DNA of 64,000 nt from Candidatus Poribacteria bacterium (GTDB taxonomy: Bacteria > Poribacteria > WGA-4E > WGA-3G): assembly GCA_964291315.2 (NCBI GenBank), contig OZ219752.1, positions 288,001 through 352,000 on the forward strand, written 5' to 3'. The number at the start of each line of letters is the position of its first letter. Positions within the stretch are counted from its first letter, which is position 1. Under the pieces are notes generated by a model. That model was given only the letters and a program-made list of their open reading frames with translations, did no database searches and was not told the origin of the DNA. Both the position numbers and the translations under genes were made by a program. Below are positions 11,178 to 21,100 of this stretch, piece after piece.

Positions 11178-13586
11178 ATGCTTTATAAGGGGTTACAACT
11201 CGATCGCTTTCAAGAGTCCGCAATTTCTGCTATTAACCGAGATACTTCAGTGATTGTCACTGCTCCTACAGGTGCGGGCAAAACTGTCATCGCTGAGTAT
11301 GCCGTTGAAAAGTGCATCGAGGAGGACCACCGCGTTATCTACACGGCGCCAATCAAAGCGCTCAGTAATCAAAAATATCGGGATTTTTACGCTCAATATG
11401 GAGACAAAATCGGTATTGTTACCGGGGATGTAGTGCTAAATCCGTATGCCCAGGTGCTGTTGATGACCACCGAAGTTTTCCGGAATTCTATTTTTGATGA
11501 GATTGAACGCTTGCGGGATGTCTCTTACGTTGTCTTTGATGAAATCCACTATATTAATGATATTGCGCGCGGAACTGTCTGGGAAGAGAGTCTCATTTTT
11601 GCACCTCAACATATCAAATTTGTCTGTCTGAGTGCTACGATCCCGAACATCCGTTCTTTCACAAGATGGATGCAGAGCGTCCGGGATATAGACATCGAGA
11701 TAGTTGAAGAGTTAAACCGGCCTGTACCTTTAAAGCATCAGCTCTATTTTAAAGATTACGGTATCGGTAGTCTAAAGGATATACCACGTCTCCGGAATAT
11801 AGCCCGACGTAAGGTCCGGAAACGCAATGCTGATTCCGATGGTGAGAACCCCCCGTCTCTACCGCCTGACTTTATAGAGTCACGTCTTATTCCACATCTT
11901 CGCCGTGAAAGACACCTTCCGTGTCTCTATTTCTGTTTTAGTCGAAAGGGGTGCGAAGAAAACGCCAAAGCGCTCGTCCATGGATCGCAACTTCAGCTAC
12001 TTGAAAGAAGTCAACAGACCCAGATTTTAAACCGGTTTGACGAGCTTTGTGCCCAATTTGACATCGTAGAGGAAAAGAAAATTGCCCAATTTCGCAGATT
12101 GATCCGTTGTGGGATTGCCTATCATCATGCGGGGATGCTGCCCACACTCAAAGAGGTTGTAGAACGCTTGTTCACCTCTGGATTGATCCAACTCCTCTTT
12201 ACCACTGAAACTTTTGCTGTCGGTATTAATATGCCTGCCTGTTCTGTCGTCTTTGATAGTCTAAAAAAATATGATGGAATCGGATTTCGACCCCTCAAAG
12301 CACGGGAATATCACCAAATGTCCGGACGTGCCGGTAGACGCGGCATTGACCCTATCGGCTATGTCTATGCCCAGATTGTACCCGAATATGCTGATTCAGA
12401 AGAAATTCGAAGCGTTGTTGCTGATAAGATAGAGCCTATCGAAAGCCAATTTAATCTCTCCTATTCCAGTATTCTCAATCTTTATCAGAGATATGGAGAG
12501 GGGATTTACGATATCTATACGATGAGTCTGAGCAATCACCAAAACTACGTGCGTGTCGCAAAACTCAACAAAGAAATTGAGACCAAAACAGAGAAGCTCC
12601 AAGGGCTACCTGAGCCTGAGTGTATCCATGAGGGGATCAATGGAATCAAACAGATTGGGCAACATTATCGCCAAAATAGAGAGCGTGAAAAGGAACGTCA
12701 ACGTTTATACGCAGAGCGGGCGCAAATCAGATCCGAAATTCGAAAAAAGAGGCGGAAAAAAGCGCAAAATAAAAGATTAAAGGCAGTTCAACGAAAGATA
12801 AACCTGTTGCAGCGAAGAGCGGAGCCGAGCCTTTGTGATGCCTGTCAACACTTAAACACATGCACTACAAGATATAAAGCCATCCGGAAAGAGGAGGTGC
12901 GCCTCCAAAAACTCAAAGAGAGAACGACACGCATTGAAAACAACCCGATGGCGCAAATAATAGCTCGTCTCAGAGTACTTAAGGAATTAGGTTACATTGA
13001 AGCCGAAGCGCTGCTGCCGAGGGGCAGTACGGCTGCACACATTTCTGGATACGAGCTCGAATTAACCCAGCTCCTCCTTAACGGATTCTTTGAGAGACTG
13101 ACGGAAGATGAAATTAACTGCCTCATAGTCGCAATCGTCTCTGAACCGCGTAAAGATGGGTATTTTAAGCCCCTCAAGGATCCACACTTGTTGGAGGTCC
13201 TCTATGCCGTCAACTCCGAAATTTCGTTCATCCAATCTTTAGAGAATAAACACGGCGTGACAGAAATCACCCCTCTCTTGGAACTACGGTTTTGCACGGC
13301 GATGCTGGCCTGGAGCCGAGGGTGTCGCTTCGACATGCTTGAAAAGTATGCGCGCGTGGATGCTGGCGATTTTGTCCGAACCTTTCGGCTCGTCATCGAT
13401 CAACTCCGTCAAATGTGCCGTGCAATGAGTGGACACACCGCTCTAGTTGATAAGCTCAACCGATGTATTGAAAAAATCAATAGGGACGTTGTCGACGCGG
13501 AACGCCAATTACGGATTACACAAGAAAATCTTGATGAAGCAGACAGTAAGGCTGCTGAAGAGACGTTACGAAAAAAGGCATTGTAA
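11178..13586 (+). CDS. Ski2/HelY-like SF2 RNA helicase
   Basis: APTGAGKT, YTAPIKALSNQK, FDEIHY, LSATIPN, TETFAVGINMPA and QMSGRAGRRG; DSHCT-like C-terminus. Confidence 0.93.
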   Translation: MLYKGLQLDRFQESAISAINRDTSVIVTAPTGAGKTVIAEYAVEKCIEEDHRVIYTAPIKALSNQKYRDFYAQYGDKIGIVTGDVVLNPYAQVLLMTTEVFRNSIFDEIERLRDVSYVVFDEIHYINDIARGTVWEESLIFAPQHIKFVCLSATIPNIRSFTRWMQSVRDIDIEIVEELNRPVPLKHQLYFKDYGIGSLKDIPRLRNIARRKVRKRNADSDGENPPSLPPDFIESRLIPHLRRERHLPCLYFCFSRKGCEENAKALVHGSQLQLLERSQQTQILNRFDELCAQFDIVEEKKIAQFRRLIRCGIAYHHAGMLPTLKEVVERLFTSGLIQLLFTTETFAVGINMPACSVVFDSLKKYDGIGFRPLKAREYHQMSGRAGRRGIDPIGYVYAQIVPEYADSEEIRSVVADKIEPIESQFNLSYSSILNLYQRYGEGIYDIYTMSLSNHQNYVRVAKLNKEIETKTEKLQGLPEPECIHEGINGIKQIGQHYRQNREREKERQRLYAERAQIRSEIRKKRRKKAQNKRLKAVQRKINLLQRRAEPSLCDACQHLNTCTTRYKAIRKEEVRLQKLKERTTRIENNPMAQIIARLRVLKELGYIEAEALLPRGSTAAHISGYELELTQLLLNGFFERLTEDEINCLIVAIVSEPRKDGYFKPLKDPHLLEVLYAVNSEISFIQSLENKHGVTEITPLLELRFCTAMLAWSRGCRFDMLEKYARVDAGDFVRTFRLVIDQLRQMCRAMSGHTALVDKLNRCIEKINRDVVDAERQLRITQENLDEADSKAAEETLRKKAL

Positions 13587-13922
13587 TGAAAAACGAATTG
13601 TATTACAATAGAGCACTTGCACACGGTGCTGTTTTATGCTCAAAACCGCGTAAGTCCGAAACGATCGGATAGCCAAGCATATCCTTCGTTTGATTGAACG
13701 GGTGATTACAGTGAGCAGAGAGGCGATGTTGATTGTTAGTCAATTGCCGGCATTTAGTAAGAAGAGGCATCGTCGGGTTTCCAGCTCACAATCTACCAGC
13801 AGCTTGCAAGGTGTATAGAAAATGTTACACTTTCCGCGAAATTGTTTTTTTACAACAAAAAAAAAGAATGCGGATTAACCCGCTTATTCACTGTGTTTTC
13901 TGCCCATAACACCTCTACTCCT

Positions 13923-13944
13923 AATGTTACACCAGTGTAACATT
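13923..13944. promoter_or_regulatory. Perfect palindrome, candidate operator
   Basis: AATGTTACAC-CA-GTGTAACATT; a third identical half-site AATGTTACAC at 13821-13830. Confidence 0.55.
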
Positions 13945-14074
13945 TTTACACGGAGAATTCATTACGCCGGTCTAAGGATTTCTGCTAACATGTCACGTCA
14001 GCGATCGGATTTGCTTCTCGCCATAGGTTGACCTATAAAAGTATTACATATTATACATAAAACAGTGTTTTTCC

Positions 14075-14103
14075 TTGACAGAAACTATATTATCTCATAA
14101 ATT
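14075..14103 (+). promoter_or_regulatory. sigma70 promoter upstream of the paralog array
   Basis: TTGACA-N17-TAAATT, ~135 nt upstream of copy 1. Confidence 0.65.
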
Positions 14104-14237
14104 CTATTGTAGAGACACGCTGCGGTTTGCCTCGGTCTCCTGCTTCCGAGAGAACACGAAGAAGCGCACCGCTAGAGGCATTGTGAGTCTCACACATTAG
14201 CAATAAAGTCTAGTGGAGAAAAAAGGATAATAACATA

Positions 14238-14942
14238 GTGTTGAAGCAACTGTTATCAGACAAGCGTATTTTATGCGGTTTTATCTGTGTGTTGGTGCTG
14301 GTTGTTGGCGGCGTGGTATATGAGAGATCGGTGAAACAGCAAGCCCGCCGCGATATCCGACGCACTGAAAAGATCGTCAAAGAGAGGCAACGTCAGGAGA
14401 CCGGCTCTCAGCCCACAGAGAGTGGTCACTACCATTCGGATGGAACATATCACACAGGCTCACATGAAGCACCGGCCGGCACGACTGCCCCGTCAGAAGA
14501 GGGTAAGAAGAGCGGTATAGCTCCTGAGCGTGTGATATGGACAGGCAAGCCCCTGCGTGAGGTGTCCGCACCCGATCCGCTGAGTCCCGCGGAGCGCAAA
14601 GCACGCAATGCGAAGATCCAAGCACTCAATATACAGATACAGAAACTCAGAGGCGTAACAGAAGCAAAAACCGTCGAGTGTGATGAACGCATTAAGGCAT
14701 CTTCTAAAATCCTCAGGGAAAGGGAAGCAATCTCGGCAGAGCTGGACGCATTCCTCGTTGCAGAGGATCGCACTGCGGAAGAACAAGCACGCTTTGATGC
14801 ACTTTTAAAACAGTATTTAGAATTGCGCAACCTCTTTCATGAAAAGCACGCCATCGCTAAGCAAACGCTAGAAGAGAAGCGCACACTTCTTGAAAATCTC
14901 TATAGACTTGAAACGGATCGCGATGCGTTACGACGCCGATAA
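14238..14942 (+). CDS. Membrane-anchored His-motif coiled-coil protein, copy 1
   Basis: 234 aa; N-terminal TM, GHYHSDGTYHTGSH, Pro-rich linker, helical C-terminal half. Confidence 0.9.
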   Translation: MLKQLLSDKRILCGFICVLVLVVGGVVYERSVKQQARRDIRRTEKIVKERQRQETGSQPTESGHYHSDGTYHTGSHEAPAGTTAPSEEGKKSGIAPERVIWTGKPLREVSAPDPLSPAERKARNAKIQALNIQIQKLRGVTEAKTVECDERIKASSKILREREAISAELDAFLVAEDRTAEEQARFDALLKQYLELRNLFHEKHAIAKQTLEEKRTLLENLYRLETDRDALRRR

Positions 14943-14954
14943 GGAGGCATGTTG

Positions 14955-15002
14955 ATGAAGCACAGACGTATTGTAGTTGCAATAATATTAGGTTTGATGT
15001 AA
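14955..15002 (+). pseudogene. 15-codon stub MKHRRIVVAIILGLM* (vestigial signal-peptide start); also at 15760-15807, 16565-16612, 17368-17415 and 22859-22906
   Basis: GGAGG-N7-ATG begins 13 nt after the stop of the 234-aa gene, the same geometry as the start of the 1292-aa gene. Confidence 0.6.
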
Positions 15003-15042
15003 TGTAAAGTTTACGGACTTAACTGAAAAGGAGAAGGATGTA

Positions 15043-15747
15043 ATGTTGAAGCAACTTTTATCGGACAAGCGTATTTTAGGTGGGCTTATCTGTGTGTTGG
15101 TGTTGGTTGTTGCCGGCGTGGTATATGAGAGATCGGTGAAACGACAAGCCCGCCGGGATATACAGCGCCCTGAAAAGATCGTCAAAGAGAGGCAACCTCG
15201 GGAGACCGGCTCTCAGTCCGCAGAGAGTGGTCACTACCATTCGGATGGCACATATCACACAGGCTCACATGAAGCACCGGCCGACACGACTGCCCCGTCA
15301 GCAGAGGGTAAGAGGAGCCGTATAGCTCCGGGAGATGTGATATGGATGGGCAAGCCGCTGCGTGAAGTGTCAGCACCCGATCCGCTGAGTCCCGCAGAGC
15401 GCAACGCACGCAATGCGAAAATACAAACACTCAATACACAGATACAGAAACTCAAACGCATAACAGAAGCACAGACCAACGAGTGGTTGGAACACCTTAA
15501 AAAATATCCTAAAATCAGCCGAGAAAAAAGGGCAATCTTGGCTGAGAAGGATAAACTCCTCGCTGTAGAAGATTGGACTGCGGAAGAACGAGCCCGCTAT
15601 GACGCACTTTCAAAAAGGTTTGAAGAATTGAACGATCTAAGTGACAAAAGACGCGCTATCTCTGAGCAAATGCAGGAAGAGAACCTCCAGCTTCTTGAAA
15701 AGCGCGATGCCCTTGAAGCGGAACTGAGTGCCTTACGGCGCCGATAA
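15043..15747 (+). CDS. Membrane-anchored His-motif coiled-coil protein, copy 2
   Basis: 234-aa paralog with RBS (GGAG/AAGGA) upstream. Confidence 0.9.
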   Translation: MLKQLLSDKRILGGLICVLVLVVAGVVYERSVKRQARRDIQRPEKIVKERQPRETGSQSAESGHYHSDGTYHTGSHEAPADTTAPSAEGKRSRIAPGDVIWMGKPLREVSAPDPLSPAERNARNAKIQTLNTQIQKLKRITEAQTNEWLEHLKKYPKISREKRAILAEKDKLLAVEDWTAEERARYDALSKRFEELNDLSDKRRAISEQMQEENLQLLEKRDALEAELSALRRR

Positions 15748-15847
15748 GGAGGGATGTTGATGAAACACAGACGTATTGTAGTTGAAATAATATTAGGTTT
15801 GATGTAATGTAGCATTTACTAACTTAACTAAAAAGGAGAAGGATATA

Positions 15848-16552
15848 ATGTTAAAGCAATTGTTATCGGATAAGCGTATTTTATGCGGTTTTATCTGTGC
15901 TTTGGTGCTGGTTGTTACGTCGCTGGTGTATCAGGGATCTGTGAAACGGCAAGTCCACCGAGATATACAACGCACTGAAAAGATCGTCAAAGAGAGGCAA
16001 CGTCAGGAGACCGGCTCTCAGCCCACAGAGAATGGGCACTACCATTCGGATGGCACATATCACACAGGCTCACATGAAACACCGTCTGGCATGACTGCCC
16101 CGTCAAAAGAGGTTGAGAGGAGCGGTATAGCTCCTGAGAGTGTGATATGGACAGGCAAGCCGCTGCGTGAAGTGTCAGCACCCGATCCGCTGAGTCCTGC
16201 AGAGCGCAAGGCACGCAATGCGAAAATACAAGCACTCAATACTGAGATAAAGCAACTTGTGCGCGCAACGCGGGCACACATGCACAAGTATAATGAACAA
16301 GTTGACAAATATCCCAAAATCAGGCAAGAAATAAAGGCAATCTCGACAGAGTTGGACACTTTCCCCGCTGCAGAGGATCGCACTACGGAACAACAGACAC
16401 GCTATGACACCCTTTTAAAACGGTATTTAGAATTGGAGAACCTTGCTGACGAAGTTCTCACTATCGCAAATGAAATGCGGGAAGAGAGCCGCCAGCTTCT
16501 TGAAAATCTCGATCCACTTGAAACGGAGCTGAGTGCGTTACGGCGCCAATAA
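15848..16552 (+). CDS. Membrane-anchored His-motif coiled-coil protein, copy 3
   Basis: 234-aa paralog; identical to copy 6 after about residue 38. Confidence 0.9.
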   Translation: MLKQLLSDKRILCGFICALVLVVTSLVYQGSVKRQVHRDIQRTEKIVKERQRQETGSQPTENGHYHSDGTYHTGSHETPSGMTAPSKEVERSGIAPESVIWTGKPLREVSAPDPLSPAERKARNAKIQALNTEIKQLVRATRAHMHKYNEQVDKYPKIRQEIKAISTELDTFPAAEDRTTEQQTRYDTLLKRYLELENLADEVLTIANEMREESRQLLENLDPLETELSALRRQ

Positions 16553-16650
16553 GGAGGGATGTTGATGAAACACAGCCGTATTGTAGTTGAAATAATATTA
16601 GGTTTGATGTAGTCTATACTTCAGGAACTGAAAAGTAGGAGCATAACAAA

Positions 16651-17355
16651 GTGTTGAAGCGTCTATTATCAAACAAGCGGATTTTGGGTGTGGTTGTCTG
16701 TGCTTTAGTGCTGGTTGTTGCCGGCGTGGTATATGAGAGATCGGTGAAACAGCAAGCCCAACGCGATATCCGACGCACTGAAAAGATCGTCAAAGAGAGG
16801 CAACGTCAGGAGACCGGCTCTCAGTCCGCAGAGAGTGGTCACTACCATTCGGATGGCACATATCACACAGGCTCACATGAAGCACCGGCTGACACGACTG
16901 CCCCGTCAGAAGAGGTTGAGAAGAGCGGTATAGCTCCTGAGAGTGTGATATGGACGGGGAAGCCGTTGCGTGAGATTTCGGCACCCGATCCGCTGAGTCC
17001 CGCAGAGCGCAACGCACGCAATGCGAAAATACAAACACTCAATACACAGATACAGAAACTCAAACGCATAACAGAAGCACAGACCAACGAGTGGTTGGAA
17101 CACCTTAAAAAATATCCTAAAATCAGCCGAGAAAAAAAGGCAATCTCGGCAGAGCTGCGTGCACTCCGCGCTGCAGAGGATTGGACTGTGGAAGAACGAG
17201 CTCGCTATGATGCACTTTCAAAAAGGTTTGAAGAATTGGGCGATCTAATTGACAAAATTTTCTCCACCTCTGATCGGATGCAGGAAGAGAACCTCCAGCT
17301 TCTTGAAAAGCGCGATGCCCTTGAAGCGGAGCGCGATGCGCTGCGGCGCCGATAA
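16651..17355 (+). CDS. Membrane-anchored His-motif coiled-coil protein, copy 4
   Basis: 234-aa paralog; mosaic of blocks seen in copies 2, 5 and 7. Confidence 0.9.
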   Translation: MLKRLLSNKRILGVVVCALVLVVAGVVYERSVKQQAQRDIRRTEKIVKERQRQETGSQSAESGHYHSDGTYHTGSHEAPADTTAPSEEVEKSGIAPESVIWTGKPLREISAPDPLSPAERNARNAKIQTLNTQIQKLKRITEAQTNEWLEHLKKYPKISREKKAISAELRALRAAEDWTVEERARYDALSKRFEELGDLIDKIFSTSDRMQEENLQLLEKRDALEAERDALRRR

Positions 17356-17455
17356 GGCGGAATGTTGATGAAGCACAGACGTATTGTAGTTGAAATAATA
17401 TTAGGTTTGATGTAATGTAGAGTTTACGCACTTAACTAAAAAGGAGAAGGATATA

Positions 17456-18160
17456 ATGTTAAAGCAACTGTTATCAGACAAGCGTATTTTATGCGGTTTT
17501 ATCTGTGTGTTGGTGTTGGTTGTTGCCGGCGTGGTATATGAGAGATCGGTGAAACAGCAAGCCCAACGCGATATCCGACGCACTGAAAAGATCGTCAAAG
17601 AGAGGCAACATCGGGAGACTGGCTCTCAGTCCGCAGAGAATGGGCACTACCATTCGGATGGAACCTATCATACAGGATCACATGAAGCACCGGCAGACAC
17701 GACTGCGCCCTCAGGAGATGGTAAGAGGAGCAGTATAGCTCCTGAGCGTGTGATATGGACAGGGAAGCCGCTGCGTGAAGTGTCAGCACCCGATCCGCTG
17801 ACTCCCGCAGAGCGCAAAGCACGCAATGCGAAAATACAAGCACTCAATACACAGATACAGAAACTCAGACGCATAACACAAGCAAAAACCGTCGAGTGTG
17901 ATGAACGCATTAACGAAACTGATAAAACCCTCAGCGAAATCGATACAATCTCGGCAGAGCTGCGTGCACTCCACATTACAGAAGATTCGACTGCGGAAGA
18001 ACAAGCACGCCATGACGCACTTTTAAAACGGTATTTAGAACTGCACAACCTCGCCCGCGAAAGGAACGTCATCGCTAAGCAAACGCTAGAAGAGAAGCGC
18101 GCACTTCTTGAAAATCTCGATGCTCTTGAAGCGAAGCTTAGCGCTTTACGTGGTCGATAA
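17456..18160 (+). CDS. Membrane-anchored His-motif coiled-coil protein, copy 5
   Basis: 234-aa paralog directly upstream (12-nt gap) of the large Cys/His protein. Confidence 0.9.
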   Translation: MLKQLLSDKRILCGFICVLVLVVAGVVYERSVKQQAQRDIRRTEKIVKERQHRETGSQSAENGHYHSDGTYHTGSHEAPADTTAPSGDGKRSSIAPERVIWTGKPLREVSAPDPLTPAERKARNAKIQALNTQIQKLRRITQAKTVECDERINETDKTLSEIDTISAELRALHITEDSTAEEQARHDALLKRYLELHNLARERNVIAKQTLEEKRALLENLDALEAKLSALRGR

Positions 18161-18172
18161 GGAGGAATATCG

Positions 18173-21100
18173 ATGAACCGAAAATATACTGTAACCGTTT
18201 TTTTATGCGGTCTTTTTTGCCTCCACACAGTGGCGCTCGTGTTAGCTAACAATGAAGAGCGAACCCAATCGCAGAAAGATGCGGAAAGTAAATATGCCCA
18301 AGCACTTGATGGTTATCAAGACGCTCAAATTGCTAGGGGGAATGTTAAGATTGATGTTAGAGCTTTAGAAATAACTAGAGGATTGCTACAGAAGGAGATA
18401 AGTGATGAAAAGTTGGCAGCGTACGGTACGGTGCTCAACACGGCGGTGGCCTTGCTCACTGGGGCGTCTGCGGCGACCATAGCAACGAGAACGGCCGCAG
18501 CAATTGTCATTGGCAAGAGTGTTTCTGATATGGTCCGGACAATCCGTGACGCGCTGAAGGAGAATAAGAAAGCCACGCTTCATAAGTTGAAGCAAGGAAT
18601 GTATAACTTGGAGACAGAGCTAATAGAAAGGACGAAGGTGGTTCAAGATGAGGCAGCTGATGCTAACAGCGAGTTAGATGCTTGGAAAGCCGTAGAGCCC
18701 GGTGCGACGTATGACAAAAAGCCACTTGATGAACGGTATATTGATGTCGAAACAATGCATCCGGACTACACTCGGACGTTGCCGGATCCGCCGACGTATC
18801 GTTCCGACACGACGGAAACGATTGCGTGCCCTGCCTGTCGTGATCAGGTCAAGCCGCCATATTTGACAAAGATAGTGGTTTTATCCCCTGGTCTGATTAT
18901 GGGTATAGAGAAAACGGTCAAAAGGTATCGGGGTCATGAGGTCACGTGTGCAGAGACGCGTCACTCGACAGGCAAAGCGTGTGATGGTGAGTATTATAGT
19001 TGCTTGTCTCCGTATTCGAGTGCTTCCATAGTTTGCCCGAATGATGCGGATCACCGAGTTGTTGGCACGTGTGGTGAGCTCAAGGGCTCTAGGTTTAAGA
19101 AGCATGAGTATGCGAAGGGTTCGCCTGGGAATCATGGCAAGAAATTGAAGACTTGTGGTTCTATTGGTATGAGGTGGGAGCAATCCGATGGAACGGTCAC
19201 ACGGCAGGTATGTAAGATTAAGGTTTTTCCATGTGCGCCGGCGCATGGTCGGCATAATTGGGATCTGGTGTCTTTTAAGAAGCTATCACTGAATTTGGGT
19301 TCGGGCAGTAATTATATTTGTGCCAATTCCTCGTGTTCCATGAGCGGTAGCAGTTCATCGGGCGACGATGAAGACGACGAGGACGATACCGCTGACAATA
19401 CCCAGGGCGGTTCCGAATACGGTATGGGTATGGATGTGCGTTCGATAAACGGTAGCGGTTCGCCGAACGTCCCTCATCGAGAACAGGTTGCTCGAGCGTT
19501 AGCGTCTCGGGCGTGGAGAGCTTTACATTGGAACCACTCCGTCTCGCTAGGTATCTCTGCTGCACCGGAGCAGACTACCTCGCCGCTGAAGTTATCGTAT
19601 GAGCATCAGCGGGTGTGTTCAGAGGGGCATAAGTATTGGCTCTGTGATGCATCACAGAGGTTGGGGCATGCCCAATTGGTGTGTAGTCGTTCGGCGTGCG
19701 GGCAGGCGTTCACGCAGTGTTCTAACCACAGCTCAGCGTGTGTCGGGGGTTGGCATACCGGGGGTGCCGGTGATTTTTCCGAGACAGCAGATGCCTTGGC
19801 GGTGGTGTGTGGTAACCCGCACCGCAGGGATGGTGCGTGTGCATATGGGGGTCAGACCCCCTCGGTGAATGCTCATCGGACGACGTGTCTGGCAGGTCAT
19901 ACATATTGGTCGTGTAATGCGCAGGCGGTCCTAACGCATAGCAAACATACAGCCCGGCTTGTTACGTGTGGCAACTCGAACGCTGGGGAAGGAGCGTGTT
20001 CACAGGGGCGTCAAGCCGTCTCGTTGAATGCTCATCAGACGACGTGTCTGGCGGGTCATACATATTGGTCGTGTAATCCCGTGGCAAAACAGACGCATTC
20101 CTCTCACACCGCCTCATCCGGCGAAGGTACGGATGCTCCTAATACGGTTCCTGCTCGGGCTCCTGCACCTACTCCTGCGCGCCCTCCGACGGGAGATGGT
20201 GCGTGTGGCAACTCGAATGCTGGTGCGGGTGCGTGTTCTGTGGGAGGCAAGGCGCCGTCAGCGAATGCTCATCGGACGACGTGTCTGGCGGGTCATACGT
20301 ATTGGTCGTGTAATGCGCAGGCGGTTATAACGCATAGCCGACATACTGCGCCGCTTGTTGCGTGTGGCAACTCGAATGCTGGTGCGGGTGCGTGTTCACA
20401 GGGAGGCCGAGTCGTCTCGTTGAATGCTCATCAGGTTCGGTGTCTGGCGGGTCATACATATTGGTCGTGTAATCCCGTGGCAAAACAGACGCATTCCTCT
20501 CATACCGCCTCATCCGGCGAAAGTGCAAGTCTTTCTAAGATATCTTCTATGCTACTCCTGACGGGAGATGGTGCGTGTGGCAACTCGAATGCTGGGGATG
20601 GTGCGTGTTCTGCGGGAGGCAGGGCGCCGTCAGCGAATGCTCATCAGATTCGGTGTTTAGCAGGTCATACGTATTGGTCGTGTAATGCGCAGGCGGTTGT
20701 AATACATAGCCGACATACTGCGCCGCTTGTTGCGTGTGGCAACTCGAATGCTGGTGCGGGTGCGTGTTCTGCCGGAGGTCAAGCCGTCTCGTTGAATGCT
20801 CATCAGGCGCGATGTCTGGCGGGTCATACGTATTGGTCGTGTAATCCGTTAGCAAAACAGACGCATTCCTCTCATACCGCCTCATCCGGCGAAGGTACGG
20901 ATGCTCCTCATCTGGCTCCTGTGGCACCCGATCCTAAACCGTCTCGGGCGCCTGCACCTACTCCTGCGCGCCCTCCGACGGGAGATGTTGCGTGTGGCAA
21001 CTCGAATGCTGGTGCGGGAGCGTGTTCTGCGGGAGGCAGGGCGCCTTCAGCGAATGCTCATCAGGTTCGGTGTTTAGCGGGTCATACGTATTGGTCGTGT

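Larger units (their letters stand above)
14238..18160 (+). repeat. Tandem gene array of five ~805-bp units (234-aa gene plus spacer); two more units at 22142-23649
   Basis: Starts at 14238, 15043, 15848, 16651 and 17456 (periods 805, 805, 803, 805); conserved spacer ...GTATTGTAGTTG(C/A)AATAATATTAGGTTTGATGTA... Confidence 0.97.
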
